A stretch of DNA of 64,000 nt from Paraspadella gotoi (Eukaryota > Animalia > Chaetognatha), in contig CM119265.1 of the NCBI GenBank assembly GCA_051294375.1, forward strand, positions 6,395,489-6,459,488, in the 5' to 3' direction. Both the position numbers and the translations under genes were made by a program. Shown here piece by piece: positions 1 to 11,479 of the stretch; the stretch's first letter is position 1, and each line of letters opens with the position of its first letter. The notes under the pieces were generated by a model. That model was not told where the DNA came from. It searched no databases and saw only the letters and a program-made list of their open reading frames with translations.

Positions 1-16
1 TCACCTTCCCCCACAG

Positions 17-425
17 AGCTTGCGACTGGTGGGCCTTGGGCATCCTGATCTTCGAGATGCTCGTCGGGTATCCTCCCTTTTTCGACGACAATCCCTTCGG
101 CATCTACGAGAAGATTCTGGCCGGTCGCATCGACTGGCCCAAGCACCTGGACCCGATCACCAAAGATCTCATCCGCAAGCTGCTCGTCCACGACCGGACC
201 AAGCGGCTGGGCAACATGAAGAACGGGGCAGGAGACGTTAAGGCTCATCGCTTCTTCCGCGGACTCTCCTGGGACGACGTCATCAACCGGAAGTTGGCCG
301 CGCCCATCGTTCCCAAGGTCACGCACGAGGGAGACACGCGAAATTTCGAGACTTATCCAGAGGCGGACAAGAAGTTCTTCGCCAGCGTCTCCGACAAAGA
401 GCTGGAGCCCTTTCGAGATTTTTGA
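17..425 (+). CDS. PRKX: PRKX / PKA-C3-like cAMP-dependent protein kinase, terminal exon (gene starts before the window)
   Basis: The acceptor ccacag ends at 16. The exon reads CDWWALGILIFEMLVGYPPFFDDNPFGIYEKILAG...DLIRKLLVHDRTKRLGNMKNGAGDVKAHRFF, then the AGC tail GDTRNFETY..FRDF*. DDNPFGIY and DRTKRLGNMKNGA match the PRKX subfamily. Confidence 0.88.
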
Positions 426-2188
426 AGAGGATCGAGCGACGACGAGGGGCGGACATTCAGAAAAAAAAAAAATTCCCTCGATTGACGCTTAAAAAAAACT
501 CGAATTCGTTTCGGCTGACATGACATTGTCAGTGTCGACGAGTCATTTACTTTTCCCCTCCAAATAATTTGTTCAAATCGATTTTGTGACTTACCCCCCC
601 GACCCTAGACTCTTGGCTCCTATCCCCCAACCCGCTCCTAGCCGATCCTCAAAGCCTCACCTCGCCTCCTTGAATGGAACTGATTTCGCAATCGAAGGCT
701 TCGACCTACGGCGCCGCGGAGAGCCAGCGTCGCGGCCAACGCGGTTTTTGCAGCGCCGCCAACGGCTCAGTGGGCGCGGCGCCGCTGGGCGGGTTTTTGG
801 CCTAGAAAACGGGACAAAAGCGCCGGACTTCTGAAGGGCGATGTCTCCCTCCCTTTTTTCCCCCCGAATCGCTTTCATATCAACGACCTCAACAGTTATC
901 GACCGCCTTCACTCCGAAACGCCCACGACCCCCCTCTCTCCCTCCCCTTGTGTTGTGACGAATTAATATCGCGTGGTCGAGGAAGGAACAGTTCCTTCTA
1001 TCAACTTAATGCTTACCTCTTTTATTTTATTCTTTTTTTTTCCCCTTTTTGAATCTCACGTCACGGAAAAAATATTTAAAAAAAAAAAAACAGCAACAAA
1101 AATGTAAACCTCTGCCTCCTTCATCGCCGTCGCTCTCGAGTAGTGAAAGTTATTTATTTCAAAACAATTGTTAGACCAATTGACATTTAGATTATCAATT
1201 ATCACATCGACCCTTCATTTTTTTTTTCAAATCATGTTCATCACAAACATCGTAATTACTTTTTGTAGCTTTCCTAAGTCATTTTTTTACGTTACCCGTT
1301 ATTTAAATACCGAATTTAATTTTCACCTTTGAACTAAATACTTTTTAACGACAATCAATCAATTATTATTTCAATACACGAAACTGATTTTTACTACAGG
1401 AGGCAAGTACTTTTTTTTTTTTTTTTGTGAAGACTATCACATGAATAATTGGACGTTTAAAGGGTCGACAAGCCTCCGTACTGTCCCATTTACACGTTTA
1501 CCTTTCTATTACATTGTTCGAACGGGACAAGAATATATAACACGCGATTTGATTCAAGCGAGTGCTACGTCACTATCAAGAAGTGAATTTTTCAATGATT
1601 TGATGTTTTGTGCCATCTGTTTATTTGTTGGGTAAGTTCCTTCGTCTTGACTTACCGTTCTTGTAAAAAAAGATTTGAATTGAATTAAATAAATATATGT
1701 CTATCACCAAGAGCAATGGTTAAGTATCAGTAATGATAATCATATTTTTTAGATATAACAAATAAAAATTTTAGATAAACATCAAAAATTTAGTAAAGAA
1801 ACAAATAGTATTTCTCTGCAGTATTAGTCAAAAGCGCTCGATGCACCAAATATTTCGGTTTGCGAAAAAGTTAAACAAATGAACACACGTAGTTATGAGT
1901 CGGTATAAACTTGGATCATACATGTATAAACTTGGAAGTTTTATATTCGCTGGACATTGGACAATGGGCTTTTAATATTCGCTCTTCCGTCGTCATGAAC
2001 ACAAGTAATAATTAGTAGTAGTAATTCAATTTCAAATTGATTTTTTTTTAAAGCATAAATTAGTACAGAGAAAATAGCGGAAAAAAAAATACATTAAAAT
2101 TTAAATGTAAAATTTACAAAATTGTAGTCATGAACATATATATTTTCACTATTCAAAAGTATAATTATAAATACTAATTTTCCTTCCT

Positions 2189-5100
2189 TTACTCGCCCTC
2201 CTTCTCTACGTCCGTGCACCTGCCGACGTTAGCCCCGTCCCCGGCATCAGCGACCAGCTGGACGTGATGATCCGCGCCGATGACCACATGCGATACACAC
2301 CCGCGCAGTCCGTGGAGGAACCGGCCGCGCGTGGCCCTAGCCGGCCCCCCGGGAAGACCGCCAACGAACAGCGGACTACTAGCGTTCAACTGTCTCTGAG
2401 AGCCTTGCGAGGAGCCGCTCACCTCCAAGACGCCGTCGACACTCAAGGCGGCGCGGGTGGCGTTGCGCAGCGCACGCAAGCGGTGCCATTGGCCGTCGTC
2501 GAAACCCGCGCGCCGGGAGACGAGAAGCGCAGCGCCGCCGCCGAGATCGAAGCCAAAGCGCAGCCGCCCGTCAACCAGTCCGATGAAAAGGTAGTCGAGG
2601 TCTTGGTCGGGCAGGGAAGACAGGTCGGACACGGCCGCTTGCTCCGGCCCCGTCCACAGCAGCAGCCCCTGCGGCGACTGCGTCTTAAAGCGGAGGAAAA
2701 AGTCGTTGACGTCGCGATTGACGCGCGATCGAATTTCGGGCGAATCGTGACGCAACCAGGATCGACCGTCGAAGGAAGGGACGACGACGGGTTGGTCCGA
2801 CTTGTCCTCACACCGCCGACCGAAACGACCCAGCGGACAGTCGCATGAAAACTTATCGGCGTCGGGCACGCAGACGCCGTCGACGCCACAGGGGTGCGCG
2901 TCATCTGTGACGCAAGGGTGCCCGTCGCAGTTGACCACGTGGCGTCCTGATAGCGTGTCACGTAAAAAGTCCAGCGGCACACCGCCGACAGCCAAGCGCT
3001 GCACGCAGCCTCGGAACGCGACAGCGCCGCCTCCGGCGAATTTGTTGACGCGACCGAAATCATCGGCGCCACCGACAAAAAGCGGCTGCCGGAGCGTCAA
3101 CTGGGTGAAGACGCCAGGCGAAACGCCGTCTACCGGCCCCTGATCGTCAACACGCAGGCGACCCTCGCGCCCGGACCTGACGGCCGAGATGGAGTGCCAG
3201 GCGCCGAGACGCAGGCGCCGGCGGCTCCGTAGCAGCGCGACGCCGGTGCCGAGATCGAAACGAAATTCGAGAAAGGAATCGTTAAGAGAGAGAGAGACGA
3301 AGTCGCCGAGACGTCTCGCCTCAAACCCGTTGTACAGGAGGAGTCCATCCGGCGATTCCGGCTTGAAGATGAGCTCGATCTCCACGCGATGCATCGACGC
3401 GGGTCCAAGTCCTTTGAACTGAAGGAAGGAACGAGTGCCGTCAAAGCGCGGCAGGGTCAAAATGACGGGCTCTTCGCAAGCGCGGCCCTGAAACCCTAGC
3501 GGGCAGACGCAGACGAAACTGTCGGGGGAGTCGGGTAAGCAAGTGGCACCGTTGCGACAATCAGCTCGTCGACACGCTCCTCTGCTGCAGTCGTCGACGT
3601 CGACGCCGCGAATGGCGCCGCCGCGCGGTTGACGTCGGAAATCGTAATCGACGCCGTCAATCCTCAACTGTTTGACGCAACCGACGAAGCCTTTGCGACG
3701 CCGAGCCGTGGCCCCTTCGGGAACGCCGCCCACGTAGAGGGGACCTTTGACGGCGATGCTGGAGAGGACGCCTTTGGACTTTCCTTTGACGGACGGGCCG
3801 CCATTTAGCTTGAGCCAGCCCCAATTGCCCGTCCGGTGGACCTCGACGACGTTCCATTGCCCGGTCAACACGCGACCGTATGATCTCAGCCGAGCGGCGC
3901 CGGAGCCGCAGTCGAAGGAGAACTCGACGACGCCGCGTCGCAGCGAGACAGAAAAGCGGTCGGCTGCGTCCGGCGCCGAGCTAAGAACGAGTACGCCGGA
4001 GCGGTCGGCGTCGGGCCGGAAAACGAGGCGGATGGCGAACGAGTCGGCGGCGCCCAACACCGGAGGAAAAGTCAGGAAGGAGGCGCCGGTAAAGTGAGGG
4101 TAAGGGGCTTCGACGAGCCTCTCGCATGCGACACCACCGCGTCCCAAGGGACAGAGACATCTGGCGCCGTCGGCGAGACATTCGCCACCGTGAAGGCAGA
4201 CGTCGCCGTCGCAAGAGCGCGGTCGACGAGCCGATTGAAACTCGTCTTTCGGGGAATAACTTTTTGGAAGAATTTTCTTTTCTGAATGGACTTTTGATGA
4301 TCTACTTTTAATTTGTGAATTGACTTTTAATAGTCGACTTTTCATTGGTGAACCGATTTTCGATGGTCTTTTTATTTTAGATTCGACTTTAGTTTCTGTT
4401 TTTGTTGCTGTACTTTTCATTTGTAAATCGACTCGACTTTCTGGTTGAGTATCGACTTTTGTCAATCGACTCTCAACAAACCATTTCCTCGAATCCAATT
4501 TCTCCCCCGAAATTTTCGACCGACTTTTATTCCATTCGCTCTTCTCGGCGTCGAGGACCTCGTGAGTCTTTCGCTTCGAATCCGTCTGGAGATGTTTGTT
4601 CGCGGGCGAATCGAAGACGACCGGGTCCCGTGGGGGAACGGAGTTAATTTTTCCTCGGGGTCCCCGGCGAGATGAAACACCCGCCGCACCGACGGCCGAG
4701 GCTGCCGCTGCTGGCGGTTCCGCGGCAGCTGTCTCGGAGCGTCGGGTCGGACGCCTTTCCTTACCGACGGCGACCGTTTTCGCTCTTGAACGAATCGTCG
4801 GCGAAGTCGAGTTCGAGACGTCGACGGCGCGATTCGGTGTCGAAAGTCGGACGACTCGACGACTCGGAAGAATCAATCTCGAAGAGGAGTTCTTGTTGTT
4901 GTCGTCCGAGGTCGCGACTTTCGACGTTCGATCGCGATATTTTCGAATTCGTTCAAAGTTTTTCGATTTCCCAACTTTTCGTCTTCGAATTTCCGAATTC
5001 CCGCGCGGCGAGGGTGACGAAGTCGCTCGAAGACGCTGAAGACGCGAATTTCGATCGACGCTGGGGTCGCCCGCGGTCGGGATATGTCTCTGGGCCCCAA

Positions 5101-5947
5101 GAGGCGTCTTGACTTTTCCCTTTAGCTTCCCTTTAGTTTCCTTTATGCTTGTTGTTGTTGTTGTTTTCTCCTTCGACGGCTGGCGTCGTTTCGTTTTGTT
5201 TTTCGTATTCTTCGACAACCTTATTTTAGCTACGTTGTTCCTTTGTTTACGCTTCCCCTTCCCATTGGTTCCGCCCCCTTTGTTCTTTCCCCTCCCGAGA
5301 TCCGCTTCGCCAGCCTCGTTTTCGCTTTGTTCTGGCAAAAAGGTCGAATCCTCCGTAGTAGACTGCTGCTGCTGCGGCGGCGGCGGCCACCGCTGCTGGG
5401 GTTCCTCGGGAGTCGAAAAGCCTTTGAAGAATCCCTTGGGGCCGCGAGTGGATTTTCCTTCGGATTTGTACGCGGGGGTGTAATAGCTTTTATACCAAGG
5501 AAGGTATCTTTCCCAAGGATTATTTTTGGGCTCCCACGGATTGTAGGGATGAAGAATCGGGTCGTGGGGGGCGATTCTCGCGTGGGCGGAGTCCTTATCC
5601 TCCGCGCCGCCTCCGCCTCCGCCGCTGCCGAATCCGTTGGCGTCCTCGTCGTCGATCAGAGTCCAGGACGCTTCGCGAGCCGGTATCCGTGAGGCCGCGC
5701 CGCAAGAGAACCCATTCCTCGTCAGGCGAAATCCGGCGCGACAGGCGCAATGATGTCCAGCGCCGATGCCGCTTGACGTCGAGAGGTCCACGCATATCTG
5801 ACGACAAGGACTGAATTTAGTGCAAGGACCCTGGAACACGGCGACGTGAGACAAAAGCGGCCTCACGACCAGGAAGACGATGAAGAGCGGACGGGCGGTT
5901 CGGGCGACGAATTTTCGGGCGGTTTCACATCCGCACGTGAAAGTCAT
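2189..5947 (-). CDS. EGFLAM: Pikachurin/EGFLAM-like (agrin C-terminal-like) secreted protein, single exon, 1252 aa
   Basis: Hydrophobic signal (LFIVFLVVRPLLSHVAV), an N-terminal EGF-like module and a long K/R-rich linker. Then EGF-LamG-EGF-LamG-EGF-LamG (CLHGGEC..CLCPLGRGG; FKPESPDGLLLYNG; FKTQSPQGLLLW; PLFVGG; FRGCV). Orthology to EGFLAM rather than another LamG family is inferred. Confidence 0.8.
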   Translation of the reverse strand: MTFTCGCETARKFVARTARPLFIVFLVVRPLLSHVAVFQGPCTKFSPCRQICVDLSTSSGIGAGHHCACRAGFRLTRNGFSCGAASRIPAREASWTLIDDEDANGFGSGGGGGGAEDKDSAHARIAPHDPILHPYNPWEPKNNPWERYLPWYKSYYTPAYKSEGKSTRGPKGFFKGFSTPEEPQQRWPPPPQQQQSTTEDSTFLPEQSENEAGEADLGRGKNKGGGTNGKGKRKQRNNVAKIRLSKNTKNKTKRRQPSKEKTTTTTSIKETKGKLKGKVKTPLGAQRHIPTAGDPSVDRNSRLQRLRATSSPSPRGNSEIRRRKVGKSKNFERIRKYRDRTSKVATSDDNNKNSSSRLILPSRRVVRLSTPNRAVDVSNSTSPTIRSRAKTVAVGKERRPTRRSETAAAEPPAAAASAVGAAGVSSRRGPRGKINSVPPRDPVVFDSPANKHLQTDSKRKTHEVLDAEKSEWNKSRSKISGEKLDSRKWFVESRLTKVDTQPESRVDLQMKSTATKTETKVESKIKRPSKIGSPMKSRLLKVNSQIKSRSSKVHSEKKILPKSYSPKDEFQSARRPRSCDGDVCLHGGECLADGARCLCPLGRGGVACERLVEAPYPHFTGASFLTFPPVLGAADSFAIRLVFRPDADRSGVLVLSSAPDAADRFSVSLRRGVVEFSFDCGSGAARLRSYGRVLTGQWNVVEVHRTGNWGWLKLNGGPSVKGKSKGVLSSIAVKGPLYVGGVPEGATARRRKGFVGCVKQLRIDGVDYDFRRQPRGGAIRGVDVDDCSRGACRRADCRNGATCLPDSPDSFVCVCPLGFQGRACEEPVILTLPRFDGTRSFLQFKGLGPASMHRVEIELIFKPESPDGLLLYNGFEARRLGDFVSLSLNDSFLEFRFDLGTGVALLRSRRRLRLGAWHSISAVRSGREGRLRVDDQGPVDGVSPGVFTQLTLRQPLFVGGADDFGRVNKFAGGGAVAFRGCVQRLAVGGVPLDFLRDTLSGRHVVNCDGHPCVTDDAHPCGVDGVCVPDADKFSCDCPLGRFGRRCEDKSDQPVVVPSFDGRSWLRHDSPEIRSRVNRDVNDFFLRFKTQSPQGLLLWTGPEQAAVSDLSSLPDQDLDYLFIGLVDGRLRFGFDLGGGAALLVSRRAGFDDGQWHRLRALRNATRAALSVDGVLEVSGSSQGSQRQLNASSPLFVGGLPGGPARATRGRFLHGLRGCVSHVVIGADHHVQLVADAGDGANVGRCTDVEKEGE

Positions 5948-6765
5948 GACGGCAGCAAAACGATTAAAGGCCGTGGAAACATCACGTAAATAATTTTAAA
6001 AGCTTTGGAAAGCCGTGGGGAGCCGCGAAGACCCGCGAAGAACCGTGAAATGATTGTTTCGTGTCGAAAGATAATCGTTTGATTGTTTGATTTACGTACA
6101 TATCACACCTGAGTGTGATGAAAAATACGCTTTAAAAAAAGGGGAAAATAAATATCACAAGCAAACAGCCTCTGTGCGGCATGACGAAAAAAACAAAAGA
6201 TTGAATTTAGCGAATTGAATGAAGTTCACACAAAAGGGCAACTAAGCGTGAAATAATGTTTAAAAATGCCAAAGCCAATGGCAAAGGGTGCGAACGATGC
6301 TCTCTCTCGGTTGAGCTCCCGGTGTTATTATCCGTATTAGAGGCGAGACGACGCTTGTGAGAATCGCGGATTGTATCATGGAAGCGAAAGTTGGGAACGA
6401 ATTACGAAGAGGGTAGATATTTAGGAATGGAAAAAATAATAATGATTAAAATATTTTTTTTAAATTTTTTTTTTAATCTAGGTGTTAAATTCAAAATTTT
6501 ATTAATAAAGATTAAATATTGACTACGTATCAGGTAATAGAGAATGAAGCTTGCTGAGTGAAATCATCGCCGTCGTAAATAGATTTAGGAAAAAAATTCG
6601 GAAAAAAAAACTGTTTGCAATATTTATAAATCTGTGTTTATTTTGTCGGGATAGCGTTTTGCCCCTTAGACGATAGAGGCGCGCGTTGCTGGGAAATGAG
6701 AGACTTCGCCCGCGACTTATTCGATTATCGAAAGCGCTAAGCAAGTTTCCGTCTCTTTCTCCGCG

Positions 6766-6770
<5 letters not shown>

Positions 6771-6808
<38 letters not shown>
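6771..6808. repeat. (TC)n microsatellite upstream of the EGFLAM-like gene
   Basis: Pure TC run seen directly. Confidence 0.95.
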
Positions 6809-6812
<4 letters not shown>

Positions 6813-8030
6813 GGCAGAGATTTTCGAGGAACGCAAAAAGCGAGAAATAAAAAATTTGAGTGGAAGGGAGAAGCGAAAGACGTAGAAAAAGATTATCTCG
6901 CCTCTTTTACTTTCCCTGGAGCTTTTTCCTCTTTTATTTTTAGCAAGGCGGGGGAAACAACTTACAGTGGTATCGGGTTTTCACGAAAATCAAATCAGTC
7001 GCAACGAAATTTCGGTTTTAAAATCTATAATTTGGATAATGCTGTGTTAAGATTTTTCGAGTACACGAATTTAAAATGGTTCAATAAATGTTTTTATTCC
7101 AGTTTTTTAAAAACTTTGTTTCGCACGTATATTTCTACCAAATGAATATCGAATAATAGTATAATATTGTACCTTCAACTTTTGAACAGAAGTCTCATTT
7201 GACCAAAAATTTAAAACCATTTACCGGTACTAACAGTAAGTAATTATCATTCTTCTATGATAACCGTTCGTCCCAAAGTTTATTATTGTTTTCTGCGCTC
7301 AGGTTTTGACTATTCTTTAGTTTTCTCCTTCTCACTTTTTTCCCGCGAAAACAAACAAAAGGGAAACGATCGCCGCTCGTCTCTAAAGATTGAAAAAATG
7401 CCCCTTGGGAGTCCAGCGCTCATCTGGCGCCCAGTGGCTTTGAGCAATTTGCAAAATTCTTTCCTTTCTTTGTTTTTTTTTCTTCTTTATTTGTTTATTT
7501 CTCTATTAAGAGTTTAAGATGTTTGTACAAAAAAAGTTATCACTCCTGGATGTGGTTGAACAATATATATATATATATATAAATCCATTTGATTTTGGTA
7601 TAAAAAACAAAAATTAAAAATGCGTTCCGGGCCTATAAAAATATAAAAGTATTTTTTTCTTTGTTTCATTTTCATTTCTTCTATAAATTTTTTTTTAGTT
7701 CTACCAAACAGACACAGGGAATAGTAAAAAAAATCATGATTGAAAATATGCATGTAAAACTTGTTATAAAACTGACGAGGTAAGCAAAATGTTTCCTCTT
7801 TTCAATGTTTGTTGATTTTAAGTTCGGAACCAAATTCTCGTCGTCAACTTCTTTCAACAAACTCTTTCATTTACTTGACCTCAAGGTTAAATTTACGCTA
7901 AGGCAAAGGTAAATACTGAAAGAGAATTTAAATAACAATACTACTACAATACTACTATGTAGTGTGTATATTTGAATTGGTCAACCAGTCAACGTGTGAC
8001 ATAAGCTTGCAGGGACCCGCTTTGTCATTA

Positions 8031-8600
8031 TTAAACCAAGCAAGCCTGTCCAAAGTCAGAGGCAAGATAGCTTATTTATTAAATGAATGGATAATTTTTT
8101 TATATTGGTTGTACCAATTTCATAAGTAAAAGCTGAAAAATGCATTTGGTTTTTCAAGAGGGTTTCGTTCGACGGGAGATGACAAACACGACAGACTTAA
8201 TTTTTAATTATGTCTAGTGATTTCGGACGTGAGTGATACGAGCGAAATTGCTACCTTCTAATTATTCAGAATTAATAGTTTTTTGACAACCATGTTCCTG
8301 TTGCAGGTAAAATAATCCATTTTTTATTGAATAGTCAATGGCAAAGTTTTTGATTTTTTCAACGAATTTTAATTTAACATTCGTTGAAAAAATCAAAAAC
8401 TTTACCATTCTCTAATAAATTCAAAACAACGAAAAAGAAAGGATTAAATACACTATGTTGAATAGTCAAAAAAAAAACAGCATCATCAAATCTTATATTT
8501 TTAGTTATTATGAAATTGGAACAATCAATATAAATATTATCAATTCATTTAATAAATAAGCAATCTTGCCACGGACTTTGGACAGGCTTTGGTGGTTTAA
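8031..8600. mobile_element. MITE/foldback element, about 570 bp, with about 90-bp imperfect TIRs and TTAA at both ends
   Basis: Left ttaaaccaagcaagcctgtccaaagtcagaggcaagatagcttatttattaaatgaatggataat...ccaatttca. The reverse complement of the right end is ttaaaccaccaaagcctgtccaaagtccgtggcaagattgcttatttattaaatgaattgataat...ccaatttca. Confidence 0.88.
8338..8408. repeat. 30-bp-stem hairpin inside the MITE
   Basis: atggcaaagtttttgattttttcaacgaat / 11-nt loop / attcgttgaaaaaatcaaaaactttaccat, one mismatch. Confidence 0.9.
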
Positions 8601-9409
8601 GGCTTCTATCACTCTTACAAGATAATGCTATTTTTTTACGTTTTTTCAGATCCGACTCCATGTTAAAATTATAGGTTTCCGCTTAGTTTCGTCCACGAGC
8701 TCCGTCAGCCCTACCTTTATCTCTCTTGAGGCGTGAATCAAAACATTTTCGCGGTTCGACATGTGTGTGCAGTGAACTGTGCACTGTTCAACGGACAAAA
8801 AGCGTTTTCGGACAATAAATAGTTTTGTCGCTCTTAAATTAAACGCGGAGAACACTCTTCAATTTAAAAAAAAATGCGACCCCGAGGGGCCGCAAGAGAA
8901 AAACGACTGCATCATATTTACTATGCAAAAAAATTGATTACTTCCAAAAGTGTTCCGTATTACCCCCGCACTACCCAACGTAATATCGTAATGGAAATTT
9001 CTGTAAGGTTGTTAATGAAAATAGTTTTTTTCCTATTTGAGATTTAAGAAATAAAGCAAGAGGGCCCGATCCTAGACAAGATGAAGAACCTTGTCAAAAC
9101 CTAGTAACTCAACAGGTATTAAACAGAGAGAAAAAAATGATAAAAAAAGCGCTGAGTCATTCTTGATAAGACGAAAATGTCGTGCAAGAAACGAAACGAG
9201 TTTTCATTTGCTCATCCCCTGATGCCCTGTAATGGATCTTATTTTGGTAACAATGACAAAGAGAAACTCAATAACTCGAGATAACAAGCCTCGCGTTAAC
9301 ATGCAATTCGGAATTCCGACAACGAATTCTGATTTAGCATTTGGCTGAAGTTTCGATTGAAGTTATCAACATTTTATTTCTTCGGAAGAACCAAATTAAA
9401 ATTTTCGAA

Positions 9410-10730
9410 ATGAGTTTAATTTTTTTTCTCGTGATTTTTGCCTCGTTGACCTTCGTCAAGTCTTGGCAATGTAGTTGCGAGTTTTGCTTTTTCGATGACA
9501 TGACCGGCACACCTGAATGCTGCGGCAAAATATGCAAAAACCCGACGACGAGACATGCTTGCGAAAGTCACGAAGAATGTCGAAAAAGTATGATTTTCCA
9601 TCATGCAACTAAAATAACTATAAAAATTAACAGTTATTTATTTTACAACCATAACCAAATTTCATCAAACATTTTTTCCAGTGAATGGGCAATGGTCAGA
9701 ATGGGAGCCATGGAAGCCTTGCTCCAGAGACTGCAACGGGGGGTTACCCGAGTCAAAGAAAAATCGTACATTTTTCAACGGAAAGACGCCCATGATCATA
9801 TCGGGAACCTTGGAATGGGCCATCGGCGCCACGAGCAGAATAAGAAAATGCAATAATCCAGCTCCTATAACATCGCAGGGCGGACGAAAATGTCCGAGTG
9901 CAGACGGGAATGAAGCAATGGTGGATCAACAGCGAGGGGAATGTATAATGTCGAAGGAGCAAATTCAAACCTGCTTAAAGTCAGAACTCTCAGAAGGTGA
10001 GCACGAGAATTATTGGGAATGGGCAGTGGACTCTGGGCAGTGGGCACAGGGCACACTAACTACGACGTCTCGACGTACATTTAACGATTTTAACAAATAA
10101 ATAAAATTCGATGTTTAATGGATTAAGCATTAAATAATTACGTGGGATATAAAGATATAATTCTACTTGCAATTTGCAAACGTGACTAGATTTTAATGAC
10201 ATCGCATATATTGATGATTTTTAGTAATCGCGTTTCTGGCAATAATGAAGAAAGACCGGAATATTTACAAGACGGGCATGATAGTGGCCTTCGCATTGCT
10301 CTTCATCATGTTGCTGATATTCACCCCATGGACGAGGAACCCGATAGCCGCCTTCATCAATTGTTGCTCCAAAAATCGTCCAAGGCGTCCGATTGGGGAC
10401 ACGATGGAGGACGTTCCACTCAGTAGAAGCGAGACGGTTTCGCCCGGCCTTACAGAGGGTCTTTCTAGTAACATCGACCTTACTGTCCTCACAACGATTC
10501 AGGATTCGCCCACCAATATAGGCAGTCAGTCCCGAAACGATACGGGCATCGATTCCGCCGGCCCTTCCATGCCAAGTTTGGCTATTCTACCTGAGGAAGA
10601 GGGTGCTGCTATGCCGTCGCACTTTTCTAGACTCAGGAGCATCGGGATCCAATCGACAGAATCCCTCCCTAGATACATGAGGAGAGAGAATAGTAGAGGT
10701 TCGAATATAATGACCAGAGAATATAACTAG
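9410..10730 (+). CDS. Orphan single-pass membrane protein with a Cys-rich N-terminus and one thrombospondin type-1 repeat; exons 9410-9587, 9682-9996, 10225-10730
   Basis: Signal peptide MSLIFFLVIFASLTFVKS and a Cys-rich module. TSR reads NGQWSEWEPWKPCSRDC...RIRKCNNPAP..GGRKC; TM is GMIVAFALLFIMLLIF, followed by an S/T-rich tail. Two phase-1 GT-AG introns join the three ORFs in frame. Confidence 0.8.
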
Positions 10731-11479
10731 GACTAAGCTCTGACGAAAAAAGTCAGAGGTTTTTTAATATATTCTTTTACCGGCCAATGTAGAATGATGG
10801 CAATATTGCTATTGTTAAGTTTCAAAAAAATCCGACCATAAATATATAAAATATTAACCAAAATCTTCGGAAAATCAACCGCTTCTTTCAAAGATTTTCG
10901 CCATAGAAGATTTTTCCCAAATCTGACTCCCGGTTGAAAACTCTTAGAATTCTGATCGTAAGCTTCTCTTACTTTTACTTTAAATAAAAAATTCACCAAA
11001 ATGGACTATTACTATGATCGTATCATATTAAAATAACCAAATAAAAAGTAAAGACAAATTTTGAGAGCCTTTCAGACATATGGCTATCGGATTCCTGAAT
11101 TCGAAGTTTATTGTTCACAACATATGTTAAATGCGTTTACATTGTATTGAAGTTTTATTTTATAAATAAAATTTGCTTTGAAAATATTTTCCCAGGTGGA
11201 CCAGTTCATTTGAATCTGATAGTTTGATGTCAAAATGATGGTTATTTGACAAGAAGAAAAAATGCGAGCCCTTCAGATTCAACAGGATCAGAATCTAGTA
11301 TTTTTACATCTATTTTTTACCGGAATTTTTCTCAGGAGCGTTTATATTGTTTGGTAGTCAGATTTGAACGAAAATCTCCATTGAAAAAATCTTCCTTGAT
11401 CTTTAAAAACGACGTCGGCTCCTAATATAACTCTTAATTGTGCGTTTCTTTGGACCCTCTAAATTTCAGCTTTCATTTA

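Noticed and set aside
2264-5807. Many overlapping ORFs of 60-211 aa on both strands
   Set aside because: Shadows of the GC-rich EGFLAM-like CDS with no recognisable domains.
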